The translations under genes were made by a program, and so were the position numbers. A stretch of DNA of 64,000 nt. Source: Yuukianura sp. NJ FZ-2021. Its lineage: Eukaryota. Below the pieces are notes generated by a model, which did no database searches, was not told where the DNA came from, and saw nothing but the letters and a program-made list of their open reading frames with translations. The stretch lies in assembly GCA_046563655.1 (NCBI GenBank), contig CM102288.1, positions 4,340,001 through 4,404,000 on the forward strand, written 5' to 3'. This document shows positions 1 through 14,082 of the stretch, in pieces; position 1 is the stretch's first letter, and every line of letters begins with the position of its first letter.

Positions 1-43
1 TCAGTTTTTAAAAATAATTTGGAAATAAAGTCTAAATCTTGAA

Positions 44-3000
44 ATGGGTGGGTCATTCTCGACTAAAAAATCGGCTGGAAGTGACGACCGGCAGAAGATT
101 CGGGCGCATGAGCAAGAAATGGCTAAAGACAATGAAGCTAACGAAGCGATTCTGGATGGTAAGCCTTTTTTAAACAACAATTTTCAAAATGTATGCAGCG
201 ATGACCAATTTTTAGCGACAATTGGCTTTCAGGTGACCCAAGAAGAGACGTCCATTGGTATCACTGGGTCATTTTTGACATGCGCTTCAGAATTGTTTAT
301 GCGACACTACTGGCAATGGCCATTGGAGTCGGAGTTACTCTACTGCTCTACCTTTACGTATTTAGTGGAAATGGAAATCAAAAATTTGGAAGTTGTCTGC
401 TCAATTCAGAATTCAGGTCAAAGTTCAATTTATAAACATGTAGAATTTTCACACAAAACTGGTTTGACCTTGAAAAAATTGAAAATGTTATAAAAAATTG
501 AATTTCAGGTTTGAGTGTATGATAAATTCAAATCGTCGCGACATCTCTGAAAAAGAGTGTTTCGAAGCCTTCGGTTGTTACACTGACGACGACACTTTAC
601 CATTCAAATGTCACCATTCATTTCCTCCAGGCTACCAGTACGAAGTTACACAAATCCAGGAATCCTCCGGCGACACTTCAGAAACAAACACAATTGATGT
701 CACACTTACCGTTGCACCACGACATCCCACCAACATGTTACAACTGTCAGTGAATTTTGATTGGACAGAAGACGGATACTTGGAAATGGAACTTTTCGAT
801 GCTGCTCGGCGGAAATCAGTTGAACCAACCACGAAAGCTCTAAACGACAACGACCATTTTGTAGTTTCTTTTCCTCCAGAATCCGAATTTTTCTATATTC
901 ACATTCAGCGTAAAGATACACTCGAGACAATCTTTGATACACGCATGGGCCCTGTCATCATTGACGAAACTTCGCTCAGTTTCTCAACAACTTTGGCCAC
1001 CGAATTCTTCTGGGGCCTGAAAGGTGGACAGCGGGAATTAACGACTCACGTTGTTCTAAACGGTCCAGGAAGTAGCGAACTTCCGTTCTACATGGCTCTG
1101 GAGCAAAGTGGACAATTTCATGGTGTCTTAATTGAAACTTTGGCGCCTTTTATTTTCCAGTACATCGAAGCTCCAGCGATGCTTTTTCACTTTCAGCATG
1201 AAGCGTCAGTCAAGCTACGCTTCTTTCCAGGCCCCACCCCGCAGGACGTTTTTACTCAAGTTCAAAAATACGTAAGAACAATTTTTCTGGAAAAGAATTT
1301 TCCTCAAGTTTAAAAATTTTCTAGCAACAGTTCATATTTTGGTGCGTCTTATACGTGACTGCGTATTATACGCCGTGAAATCGGGTAATTTGAATAAAAC
1401 TTCGTGTTTTAACTCAATGTCTTGTTTTGTTTGTTTAGAAAGAAAAAGTTGCTGGAATTCCAGCGCCAGTACCGAAAGTGCTGCCGCCGTATTGGGCTCT
1501 TGGACTCCACCTTTGCCGGAAAGGTTACGATGCTGGTCAAGCTCTCGCAGAACTAAAAGGACTTGCAGCAGAAGGAAACGACGAGAAGCGGAAACAGATT
1601 CCATATGACTCCGACTGTATTGAAGAAACGCTAAGGAAGCCTTTTGTAATTGACGATTCGACATTCCCTTCGACAGGATCCGGATTTTCTAGTATCTTGG
1701 ATCACATTGTAACCAATGGCCAAAAAATTTTACTGAGTCAGACGATGCCTTTGGACGCTGATCCTCAACCGCCAACGTCAGTTCCACTTATACTGGACGC
1801 AACCGGGGCAGCAGCATTCGTTGGACTTCAGGCTCCGCGGGATGGAAATCTGAGCGAAGGCATTGAAATCGTTTTCCCAGACTACTTAAACAGTCAAATC
1901 CAAGCTTGGGCTGATGCTGAGCTGAGTTCGGGTCTTTCCGGAGGATTTCGGCCGGATGTGAGACACTTGATGACAGGACTCGTGTTGGTTGACAATTTTC
2001 CATCAACCGAAAACAGTTCAAGGATTTGCGGCAGAGATTCAGGCATTTCTTCTCTGATCGGCTCGAGATTCACTGATGCTAATCTCATTTGCGCCAATAC
2101 AAAACACGCCAACACTTCGTTTACTACAGGATCAACATCACACTTGAGCGTTCATAACGTGTATGGTCAAGAAGCATTGCGCGTGCTTCGGACATCCTTT
2201 GAATCTTGGACGACTTCAACTAATCAACGGATTCCTGTGATTGGTGCTTCCGTGTGGAGTGGTTTGGGCAGTGAAGATGGATTTACCGGTGGCCTAATTC
2301 CGTTTACTTGGAGCGGTCTTCTTGAAAGTGTGTATCAAATCGTAGGCAACTTTGTACTGAATCCAACTTTGGTTGGAACTCCGATTTGTGGTTCGTATAT
2401 TCAGACTGACGACAGCATCCGAGCTTTGAACAAAGAAATTGACGATGATGAGTTGAGTCCAGAAGAATTGGCTAGACAAAATGGCGACACGCTTTGTCTC
2501 CGCTGGTTTCAGTTCGGACTTTTGCTGCCATTTGCCAGGAATACTCGGACGTAAGTTCAAATGGCGTCCTGAAACATTAAGAAACAGTTCTTAAGTAGCG
2601 AAAGTATGTTTTTTACCCTGTCTGTCTGTCCGTCTGCCTGTCTGTCCTTCGATCTTTCTAACTAAGACACGGCGGGTTACAAATTCTTAAAGTCAAATTC
2701 GCTGTTTGCTTACAACGATTTGTTGAAAAAATGCTTTCTATTACCTTTTTTCAGGATTAATGGAACCATAGGTCCGCTTGATTTGAGTTTAAAATCACGA
2801 AATTACCTTATTGAGAGCATACAGAATCGCTACCGGTTCAATCCATACTACTACACGCAGTTGTACTTAGGTCAACTCACTCCAACTCCACTAATTCGTC
2901 CATTAATCTACGATTTCCATTCCGAATCCGAAGTTAACTCAACCAGGGAAGTACTGACGCAGTTTATGATTGGAAATGCTTTGATGGCTGCTCCAATTGT

Positions 3001-3666
3001 ATCGGAAGCTTTAAGTCGTGATGTCTATTTCCCTGCTGGCACTTGGTATGACATTCATGGCAACATGGTTTCCGACTCATCGTTGATTGGCCAAACCTTC
3101 ACAGTTCCAAGTCTACTGGCTGAGATTCCACTCTACATTCGTAGTGGCTACATCGTTCCCGTCCTGGTACGAAGTCAAAATTAGGTTTAAGTATTTTCGA
3201 TCGATTTAAAACGTGTTTTTTTTTGTAATAGCATGAGCCTGTTGAACTCACCGCTGAAACATCGAGAGCAGGAAAGTACAGGATACTGGCAACATTTCCA
3301 ACTGGAACGACTACTGCCTCTTCTGGATCATTGTACATTGACGACGGAGTGTCCGCTGATTCCATTTCAACTGGAAACTTCAACTTCGCCACTTTTGAGT
3401 GTACTCCTGACCAATTTACTATTACTTCAGACATATGCAAAGTAAATAATCAAGGAATCAGTACAATCATAGATGAAATCAAGATAATCGGATTTCCGTA
3501 CCAATTGGAAGTGGAGAAAGTTGAAATTGTAGAACTAGCATTGTCCCCACTTCCGTTTAAACAAAGTGGCGACGCAGAAGAAACTGGAAGTCTCCGTATC
3601 ATCTTGACGCCTGGTTTTGACTGGTGTAACTTTCGACAGTTGACATTTCGCTGGAGCTACAAATAA
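44..3666 (+). CDS. GH31 alpha-glucosidase-like (lysosomal alpha-glucosidase/maltase-glucoamylase family) type II membrane protein with trefoil (P-type) domain; multi-exon; catalytic Asp residues appear lost
   Basis: Spliced exons give an N-terminal TM (IVYATLLAMAIGVGVTLLLYLYVF), a P-domain (CLLNSEFRFEC...ECFEAFGCY...KC) and GH31 motifs LPPYWALGLHLCR, HNVYG, CLRWFQFGLLLPFARN, LIRPL, QFMIGNALMAAP, VYFPAGTWYD, IPLYIRSGYIVP, GSLYIDDG; stop TAA 3664-3666. Confidence 0.85.
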
Positions 3667-3884
3667 GACGAAAAATTACCGACAATTTATTAGAAGTGAT
3701 TTACAAATTAATAAACTAAATTAAATAAATCATTAATAAACTAAATTAAAAAAAAAGGGGAGCCTCGTCTTCTTCCGAATTGCTGCCAAGCGTTGACATT
3801 TTGCATATTTTTTGTACTGAAATCGGTTCAAACGGAGGAACATTCTAAAATTCAAAAATTTTCGCCCAAAATGTTCGCGCTTCT

Positions 3885-3898
3885 GTTGTCATGGAAAC
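3885..3898 (+). promoter_or_regulatory. RFX X-box motif upstream of AK7
   Basis: GTTGTCATGGAAAC fits the X-box consensus GTTNYCATRGNAAC, about 160 bp upstream of a ciliary gene ATG. Confidence 0.6.
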
Positions 3899-4056
3899 CA
3901 AACTAGCCTGACGTATTTATTGACCATGAATTTTCAAAAACCGGCATCCCTTTCAAAGAAAATCAAAAACGATGAGCCCTGAAGAAACTTCTAGAAAGAG
4001 AGAAGGCACATTTTCAGTTTTTCGAAAAGTTTGACATTTTTGAATCTTTTTTGAAA

Positions 4057-7000
4057 ATGGAGTCGGACGCTGAGGAGCATTTTGAACCTCATGACAGTGA
4101 AGAGGAAGGAGGATTTTCAATTGGAACAGTCGTGTTTCCATTGGATCAAAAGCAAAAGGATTTTGTGGACGAGGGAGCTGTGCTCATCGTCGACGCTGAT
4201 ACATACTTAGGCTCGTTTCTTGGCAAGGTCAGAGGTCAACATTTTCTTAAACTTAAAAATTTTGGATTTCAAAAATGCTTTTTTTGATTTCAGTTTCTGA
4301 GTGAAGAGATCGTTGGAGCCACTACTGGAGCGGAAGCAGAGGAGGTGGAGGAAGAAGAGGGGGAAGATGGGGGTCCACCGACTACCCCAGGGGGACAATG
4401 GAAAGTCCTTGGGACACTGTGTGAGAAGAAAAAAGTAGTTCCTGACTTCTTGTGGGCCGTCATGCGCAATGATGACTACGATGCCTACATGAAAGAAGTC
4501 TTGAAGTGCGGAGTGATCATCTACGACGTCACGCATGACCAAAGTCTGCAGCGATTCGCTGAAATCAGAGCTATTTGTGACAGTAAGTAACCTATTGACC
4601 TTTGACCTTCCAGAAATTCCGGTGATTGGCCTTGGATTTTTTTAGGTTTGAGAAGCAACTGGCCTAAGTTTCGAACTCGCCGTGTTTTCATTCTTATTTC
4701 ATCGCTGCACTCTTGGTCCAACACGGGACCAAAGGGCGACGCTGCTGGTGATGCTGCCACGCTGAACGAATCAAATTACAGATTCCGCAGGACACATCCG
4801 CTCTACCGTGACCTTCAACTGCTAGAAAGATACGTCGTTGCCACAGGGAAAATGGTAATCAACTTGACCTTTGACCTCTTGAATTGACCTTTTGGATTGA
4901 CCTTTGAACTTTGGCTTATTCCAGACCAAGGGCATGGTGAAGGCGTACGTGATTGGTTCAGGAGTGATCTATGGTGGCGAAGAATACTGTTTGCATCATT
5001 GGTTCAAATCGGCTTGGCACAACAGCAAGTATCTGCAAGTTTACGGAGACGGCAGAAACCGAGTGCCAACAATCTACATCAAGGATTTAGCAAAGTATTA
5101 ATATAAATTAAACAATTAATTGATTTATTTATAATTATAATTAATTTATTTTTAGGATTGTCCAGAATGTGATGGAGTCCACTCCACCGAAACAGCGCTA
5201 CATCATCGCAGTGGATCCAGTGACGTCACAGCAATGTCAAATTTCAAAAGCGATTAGCAATGTCCTTGCAACTGGACGCTTGAAACGCTGCCCACTTGAA
5301 GACATCTATTTGAACAAGGAGCTAACTGTAATTCATATTTTGGAAAACAGTTTTTTGGAATTTTTTTTTACATGGATTTTGGAATTTCAACTTAATTTTG
5401 AACTTGGATTTGCAGACGTTTCAAGCGGATCAGCTTCTCCTTGATTTGAAAATTGAATCCACATTTTGTCGAGAGCATTTTGAAATTGAGCGGTCAGCGG
5501 CAGAGGGATTCCCGAGCATCGTGAAGAAATTGGCTGAAGAGTATCGACAGGAACGAAACCTACAGGTTAAAAGCAGAAATACTTTTTAGAAATTATGAAA
5601 ATATTTTCGAAACTTCTGGAACTAAAATTTTAGCCACTGAAAATCCTTATCCTTGGCCCCCCGGGAGTGGGCAAATCCACTTTAGCAAGACAGCTCTCCG
5701 ATCTTTACCATTTGCACCATTTTACGCTTGAAGAAATCGTAAAAAGTACTGTGGAGTTGTTAGTAAGCTAAAACGGACACATTTTAAACCAAATTTTTCA
5801 AATTTTTTAAGATTTGACTTTATGTTTTTGAAAAACACAGAAAGAAGTTGCTGGAGATCAAAGTGAGCCGGATTTCGTGGATTTAGAAACAGGCGTAGAA
5901 GAAAGTGCACGAACCACTGCCAGTGCTTTGTTGAGCGAAATCGATGCTACTGAAGGAGAGGTCACGCTGGGTCAGCTTGGTCCAGACCTGCTGGCAAAGT
6001 AAGGTCAAAGGTTAAAAACATCACTTAAGAAAAAGCATAACCTAAGAATTCTGTTGACAGGATCATTCGCTACCGACTTTTGTCTCATCCGTGTCAAAAT
6101 CAAGGATTCATTCTGGATGGGTTTCCAGAATCATTTGAACAAGCTCGTCTCATGTTCATTGCTGGCGAAGATGCTGGAGAGTATGCTGCCGAGGAAGAGG
6201 GAGAAGATGGCATGGGTGACCCCATTGACATTCGCTTGATCCCTGGTACAATCAAAATTCAAAACCAATTTTTTAAAATTCAAAATTTTTTAAATACGTT
6301 TTTGAATAGATCGAGTGTTCTTACTGGAGGCTCCAGACGGATTTCTGAAAGACAGACTAGCAAGTCTCCCCATAACAAAAGTTGAGGAACGGCATCTTGA
6401 AAATAACTTTGAACAACTTTTGGCCAAATACCGCGACGAAAATGAAGTTTATGAGAAATCTGTCATGGCTTATTTTGATCAACAAGAAACAGTGTACGTT
6501 CCGATCGATGTCGTTGCTGATGAGTCGCCATTTCTGAAGCAGTCTGTCTCCTTTGTCAGCATGATCTTGGGCAGACCTAGGAACTACGGTAAGAAAAGTT
6601 CATTAAATGACTGGATTGTTTCTTAGAAAAAATTTTCCGGTGTTTTAAGCTTACTTTTTCTAAAAACAGGAATCTCAAAAGAAGAAGAGGAAGCGCTCAT
6701 GAATGCCCAAAAGTACGAAATGGCTGAAAAAGAGCAAAAGGAATTAGAGGATTTGGCACTTTTAGAGTCACGTGAATTGGAGGAACGGCGTACCAATATC
6801 CAGAAATGGGTAAGTTTAAAACAAAATTTTGAATTTTGATATAAAGACTTGAATTTTTTTAAAAATTTTGACACTTGCCTACATTTCGGTTCTAGATGGC
6901 GAAATTAGCAAAAGTGAAAAAAGAAGAATTCGAGCGCGAGGAAGCAGCGCTGACTCCTCTGAGAAACTACTTGATGTCGCATATTGTTCCGACATTGACC

Positions 7001-7126
7001 CGAGGGCTAATTGATGTCAGTCGGGCAAGACCGGAGGATCCAATTGATTACTTGGCGGAATTCCTGTTCCAGAACAATCCTGGAGGAATCAGTCCTGTCA
7101 ATCCATCCAACATGAATCAAAAATAA
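4057..7126 (+). CDS. AK7: Adenylate kinase 7 (multi-exon)
   Basis: NAD-binding-like N-terminus (FILISSLHSW, GSGVIYGGEE, YGDGRNRVPTIYIKDLA), P-loop GPPGVGKS, CQNQGFILDGFP, coiled coil and C-terminal Dpy-30 motif PLRNYLMSHIVPTLTRGLIDVSRARPEDPIDYLAEFLFQNN. Confidence 0.93.
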
Positions 7127-7306
7127 GCAATTCAAATACTATTCTACAAATAACAAGAAATCCTTAAAAATGTTAACTTTAAACTTGTCTTAAGAAAATG
7201 TGATGCTGGAATCTTAAAATCAGAAATCAAGATCAGAGGAAGAGGAATCCTCTAAATAATAGTCAAATTTTATTAATTTTTATAGCACTTTTTGAATGAA
7301 ATGACG

Positions 7307-8609
7307 TTACTTTTTAAATGCAAAAATATTGGCATGTAATTCACCTAACTTTACTGGAAATTTTTCCAGCATCTTCCAGTGAACTGAAGTGTTGACAGTT
7401 TCTTCCAGGAATGAAGTCAGCGCAGCCGTGAACAGCAATACGATAATTCCTCCGACTCGGAGTGATTCGTCCATTCTTGACAAAATCGAAGGCATGGCTG
7501 TTTTGACCTCATCTTGACTGTTTCCATGTTGTTGTCCAAAGGGAAGGTCACAAACAATCCCGTCCAGAAAGTCTTTCCAAGGATATTTCTTTCGAGCATC
7601 ACCTTTGACCAAGCTGATGATGTCGCTTGATCTTCCTTGACCAATGTTCTCTTGAGCCTTAACTAGCTGTTCTGAACTTATATCCATTCCATACAGTTTC
7701 ATGAACTTGGAATTGTAGTTCCGAGAAAGTTCCACAAGGATTGTAGCTGTTCCGCACATTGGGTCAGCTATAATCAAGAGATCTTCAGTTCCTTTGGAAG
7801 TGTCTAAGTGACGAATCAGCAAGTGATTCATCGCTGAAGCAACGGTTGACCGAAGTGGAATGTGCTTGAGGTATGTACGTTCTGAAAGCGGCTTCTTAGT
7901 AAGTGGAAGGGCCAGTAGTATTCCACTGTCGGTCAAGTACAGGCTCAGCTCAACTTCCGGCTGCCGCAAATCAATGAACCACCGTCTCTGCTCCTGGACA
8001 AAGTTCTTAACGATGGCTGATCCAATACATTTTGCAATTGAATGAGGGTTGTTACACAGACGGCGAAATCTGCCAGTAACTTTCACGTTCACGCGAAATC
8101 CAACATCAAGGCGCGGCTTCTTGGCAGGGATTGCTTCTGGCTTGGCCTCTTTCTCGTTCAAAATACACAGCTAACCTTGTTTTAAACAAATTCATCAGTC
8201 AGAAAACAGAAGTTATGTCTGTTGGTAATTATGATTGTTTTCTTACACGTGTCCTCCACTGGTCCAATTTCTCCTTGACCTCTGAACTTGACACCAGTTT
8301 GTATAAGTAGTTGAGCAAATCGTGAATCGTTTTGACCTGAGGAACTTCATTTTCGTGTAGTATAACTCCAAACAGCCGCTCAACCACCTTCAGATTCCTA
8401 ATTAAGTTGGTTAATGTCATCTTATCATAATTATCCGTGTCAGATTCTGAAGGTAATGGGAAGAATACTTTGCCAGTTGCAAACTGAACATCAACCGCTT
8501 CTTGACCCGATGATGTCGGATTTTGTTGGAAGAAAGTATTCAAATGTCGTCGAAGTTCCAGCTGCACGAATGGTTCCAAACCGGCTCCACAAGTTGCAAA
8601 TAGCTCCAT
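7307..8609 (-). CDS. THUMPD2: THUMP domain-containing methyltransferase, THUMPD2-like (2 coding exons)
   Basis: N-terminal FATCGAGLEPFV, THUMP region, LRSTVA, SAM-binding DPMCGTATIL, DLPFG; intron about 8171-8246. Confidence 0.8.
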
Positions 8610-9197
8610 TAACCTTGATATGAAAATACTTCTTAGATGATTTAATTTACATTTAAAAACTAAATTGTAAATTTAGTAATTAAGCTTACCTTTTGCTTTC
8701 AAAACAATTGTTTGTGTTTTTGGTTAATCTAAATCCTACGTAATCATCACGTTTCCCTTTCCCTTCTGGGCATGAGTCTATTCAAGTTGAAAAAAAGTAA
8801 TTAAGCTTTTTCGATACTGATATACTTTTGCATTTTAAATTAAGGATTGAGGCTTACTACACTAATAAATATGATTATTATTTAGGCTGTAGTAATTAAA
8901 TTAGCAATGATCTACAAACTAACTAAGTATTGGTTCAATTCAAGTTTAAATTGAAAACCAAAAGGTGTCACCCGTCTTCGCCTGTGGGAGCTTTTGGGTG
9001 CAGTGGTGGAAGCTGGAAGACAAACCAAATTGTTTACATATTTCCAGCTGTGATAAGCTGATAAGCAAGATCAATTTTACGTTGACGTTCTACATTAGTA
9101 CGTCTAATTCGTCCTAGTACGTCCTACCTAATTACTTTAATTACTCGACCATTTTCTAGCATTCAGACTCCTGTAAATCAAACATTGAGATCGTGCC

Positions 9198-11070
9198 ATG
9201 GGTGACAGGTTGGAAGAGGAGACAAGTCAGTCAACTTCGGCTTCGGCTGATGTTATAATAGCAGGTCAAGGTGCAGTTGAAGAAATTAACGCTGAACCAA
9301 AAATGAAGAAACAGAAACTAGACACATTGCAGAAATTGCACAAGAGATCCTTGCCACCAACGAAAGATAAGAAAACTCATTTCATCGGAATTCATTTAGG
9401 TAAGAATTTCAACATTGGTTTTGGAATAATCAATTTATTGACACTTTTAGGAATGAATGATTGTTCCTGTATGATGAATTTGATTTGTGCCTTCTATTGA
9501 ATTTCAGGTGCCGGAACGCATTCGCTCAAATTGAAAGACGTCTACGAAAGATTGTGTAGATCTGCATGTGAAGCGGTAAGCTTTGCAACACTGCATTGTC
9601 ATATTGGCACAATGTTTTCTGCTGGTTTTTACCATGGAACTGGTTTCAGGGACTTCGGATTTTGAAGAAGGGAGGAACAGCCAACGATGCTGTGGCTGCT
9701 GCTACCGTGGTTTTAGAAAACTCTGGCATTGTCAACGCTGGAAGAGGTTCCAATCTCACTATGAATAAGACGGTTGAGTGTGATGCAGGATTTATGAGCG
9801 GAGACGGGTATTTCGGAGGTGTTGGAGCCGTTGGTAAATAAATCATTTGGACTTCAACAATTAAATTTCATACTATTCACATTCAATTATTTTTTAGAGG
9901 GTGTTCCAAACCCAATTTTGATTGCTCAAAAACTCTCTGAGCAGCAGGATCCAGACTTCAAATTATCCTGTGGCCGTATTCCTCCGATGTAAGTTTGGAT
10001 AACCAGCCTTGGAACTTCGAACGACAGTTAACTAATTGTGTTTGTATTTTATTTCAAATATCCAGGTTTCTTGTGGGCGACGGTGCCAAAAACTGGGGCA
10101 TTTCTCAAAATATTCCTACCTGTGATCCTTCTAACTTAATTTCCCGTAAGGTCCTGATCAATTTTGGATTTGCTGAAATTATGATTTGATGAAAGTGGAT
10201 TTCTGAATTCATTAGAAAAAGCTTTGAAACGTTATGCAAAGTATATGAAAAGGATTGAATCTGAAGCATCCAAGGCTGAAACTTCAAAGTTGTTGAACGG
10301 CAATGTGAACGATACTGTTGGAGTAGTGGCACTGGACCATGCCAATAACGTCGCTGCATCGGTGTCTAGTGGTGGAAACTGGTTGAAATTCCCAGGGAGA
10401 ATTGGTCATGTAAGTTCAAATTCCAAAAACCACTCATAACCGCTGATTGACTTTTTCGTTTTAAATTCTTTTCCGTCTCTTAGTCTCCGTTATTTGGTGC
10501 TGGATGCTGGGCTGTCAATCGTGGTCCATTGGCTGATGCTTCAATTGCAATTAGTACAACGGGAGTGGGTGAAATGCTTAGCAAAGTTCAATGGGCAGCA
10601 CATTGTGGAACTGTTCTTCAGGACGAAAAGTTCAACAATCCTGTTGAAGCTATTTCGACAGCCATCAAGAGCGATTTCCTCAGTAAATCAAATTCTATTT
10701 TTGCTTTATTCAACAATGGCGGGCTTTTTTAAATATATTTTTTGATTTTAGATTCGCCACTTCTGTCACAAAACGAAGCGAAACTGGTTGGAATGATTGG
10801 ATTAATTTGGGACGGTCACCGGGGAGAGTTTGTATGGGGACATTCTGCTCAGTCTCTCGTCGTTGCCTACGGTGGTACGGGATTCCTTCGGGTCAAGGTC
10901 AGCAGTTAGCAGTATCTACGAAGATTGCATTCAAATGTTTTTATTTTAGAGATTTCTTGTTCTTAACATTTTTTCAGCATTTTACTGAACTTTTTATGCA
11001 GGTTATTTTCTCCAATGCATCTTCAAAAACTGGAGCGGAAGCTGTCAAAGTGGAAGCCATAACCTTTTAA
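9198..11070 (+). CDS. TASP1: Threonine aspartase 1 (taspase 1), multi-exon
   Basis: FIGIHLGAG, NAGRGSNLT..VECDAG, autocleavage D|TVGVVALD, SSGG..LKFPGRIG, STTGVGE. Confidence 0.93.
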
Positions 11071-11755
11071 ATGAGGTTCGTTTAGAAGATGCATATCCAA
11101 TATGCAATGAAGAGACTGTGTAGTACTGCCAGTATTCTTCCATCCCATCTAATCTTCATAGTCTAGCGCACGTAAACTCTCACAATTCCTTTCGTGTTGC
11201 CGCCTTAAGTGCCTCGAGCTACTTTAGTATCTCACATTGAGATGATTAGGTGTCAAAGAGTCATCTCTTATTTTTCTAACGTCTAGCAATTAATCTTTCC
11301 TTGTAGAATCAATCTTAAATCTAGAATTTTCCAAACTTCAATTTTTTTTCAGAATTACACAAATCGCCGAAACTGCATTTTTTTCAAACTTTCTGCATTG
11401 AGTCGCAAATATCTTAAAACTCCAAAGTCGTAAAATTTTCCTGGAAGAAATCGTCTTCCTCATAAAAGTCAAATAAATAATGCAGATGCAAGTGAAGAGT
11501 GAAAGACAGTTGGATTGAGAATTGAGGTTGACCTTCCGTGACCTCGTTATGTTATAAGACGAGACACCGTTGTCTTTAATGTCATCGCCTTATTAGTCCT
11601 CAAAATTTAGTTGACATTGCGAAATCGCTGGGCGCCCGCTCTGTCAGCAACTTTTTTTTCGAAAGAACTTTTTTGAACCTAGAGACGAAACTTGGCTTTT
11701 GTCTTCTCCTGACCTTCAGAGTGACAAGAACCGGTAGGAACTAAGCTTGTTAAGT

Positions 11756-13817
11756 ATGAAGGGCCCCCTGTTTCTAGCTGTGTTGACATTGTATCATGTT
11801 CTTGGAACACTGGCACAAGGTCAAGGGACCCCTCTCGTCACTCCTGCACAGGCGACCATCGTCATTGACAAACTATTCAAGGGCTACGACAAGAGGATTC
11901 GACCTGTAGAAAGTAAGAACGAAACAGAAATTTCAATTCTAAAATGAGAAAATTTTGTATATTTTTAAAATTTTGACTTTTTACCAATTTTTGTGAATTT
12001 TGTGCTTAGATGGAACTCTTAACGTTGCAGTCAACATTTTTGTTCTGGACGTTTTCAACGTCGATGAAACAAAGCACGTAAGTTTCTATGATGTTGTGCA
12101 AACTTCGTCAATTTAGTTTCCACATCAATCACAATTTTGTTTTCAAAAAGCTTGCAATAAAAAATTGCTTTTGTAACGTTAATTTTGACAACTTTTGTGT
12201 ATTATCTGCAGGAATTCAGCGTTACGATGTACTTGCGACAGCATTGGTTGGATCCACGCCTCCAGTACACCCGCATCCCTGGCATGAACACTATTGTCGT
12301 AAGGAGCTCAATATCAAACTAAAATTTTCTTGATCGAGCAGAGGGCGTAGACCTTGAGGTCAAACTCTAATTACTGTGTTTGTCTTACAGCTCGATGCTG
12401 ATCACGTAGGTCAACTATGGACTCCAGACACGTTTATCCTCAACGAACGAAGTTCTATCCGACACAATTTTGGAACTGTTCAAGAATACATCAAAATTCG
12501 CCCGGATGGCAGCGTTTTACATTCCACGAGGTCAGGAGATTCTGAAAATTTTGAAACATGAACAGGAGTTGAAATTTTTGTTTATGTTGCTTGTAGGGTG
12601 ACGGTGGTCGCTTCATGTAAAATGACCTTGGGCTACTTTCCATTTGATCGTCAAGTTTGTGGACTGGAATTTGCAAGTTATGCGCAGATTGGTTCAGACT
12701 ATTCACTTGGTTGGTCATCTTTAGGCGGAGGAAGCGGAGCAACGATTTCAGAAGATTTGAGTGCTAGCTCACTCAACTTCAGATTTACTGGAATTAAAAC
12801 ACTAAAGAAAACACTCGTGTATCTATGTAAGAAATGGTTCCAGTTTTTAGAAAAAGTTGAAAAAAATTGAAATTCAATGCGACTTTTGTTTTTGTAGCGG
12901 GAAATCAAACGCGTCTTGGTCTGGAATTCTTTTTTGCAAGACACTCCATGCGATTTGTCCAAGATGTTTTCTTTCCTGTGTTCATTTTGACCGTCATCGC
13001 TTTCTGTACGCTCTACTGCTCATCACTTGTCCTCCGAATTCAACTCAGTGTGGCTTTGGTAAATCTTTTGAAATTTTGAAAAGTAAAATTTCAAATTGTT
13101 AAAAAATGTTGTAATTTTTGTGTAGATGATCTGTGTTGTGCTGTTTATGAGCTTCACTTCAAGTTGGATGCCGCGCGTCTCCTACCAAACGGCTTTGGAT
13201 CTCTACGTTTCATTTTCAGCGTTTATGATTTTTTTGACACTGCTTGGTACGCTCAAAAAATATTTCCAAAAAAAATTTGCGTAAAATAATGAAGGAAATT
13301 CTTTAATTTTGCTTATGTGTATCCGTTTTTGTAGCAAACTTTGTTCAATACAACTTCCAAACTCCATCGGCTTCTGACCAGCAGCGACAGGTTAGGATTA
13401 GCTAAATTTTTAAAATTCAAAATTTTTAAAACACACTTTTTAATTTTTACTTGAAATTTTAGGGTGTTCCACTACGGGACATCAACACCATCGAAAAAGG
13501 TGAACCACTGGTGGACTACGACAGAAGCAATGCGTTGACAGAACCACTCTGCGAAGTTGAGCAGCAACCAACTGGACTCCGGTTTGGATCAAAAGTGGAC
13601 GACATTTTGAAAAAGTACGAAATTTTAACTTTTATGCAAAATATTTTTGAATTTTTGAAATTACTGATTCCGTACTTTCTTTTCCAGAACCTGTACTCTA
13701 CTGAAACGATACTTGCCAGTTTCCTACTTCTGTTTCAACGTCATTTTCTGGATGGTGGTTCTCATTGGTTCCTGTTGGTATCCGCAGGGCATTTTGACAA
13801 CAGAGGAGGCAGAGTAA
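11756..13817 (+). CDS. Cys-loop ligand-gated ion channel subunit, GABA/glycine-receptor-like, divergent
   Basis: Signal peptide, YDKRIRP, W.DPRL, LWTPDTF, Cys loop CKMTLGYFPFDRQVC, four TM segments with PRVSYQTALDLY and M4 YLPVSYFCFNVIFW; spliced stop TAA 13815-13817. Confidence 0.85.
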
Positions 13818-14082
13818 ACCGAACGAGCAAAAAATAAAAGGAAAAGAAAAAGTTTCAAAAATTTAAAAATTTTATTGAATTGGAAAACGAGATTTAGAAT
13901 TCCAGTGAAAGCAAGAATGACGGGATCTGTCATACCTTTTGTCTGTTTTATCTAAAAAAAAATGGAAGGAAAGTTGACTTTGTTAAACGACATGGAGATT
14001 AGAACTTTTCAAAATTTTGAAAAACAAACGTTTTTGATTCAGAGGTCTTTTTTTAAATATCGTTTTACTTGAAAGTTACAAA

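Noticed and set aside
3707..3750. 19-bp direct duplication ATTAATAAACTAAATTAAA
   Set aside because: Simple AT-rich slippage duplication around a poly(A) signal
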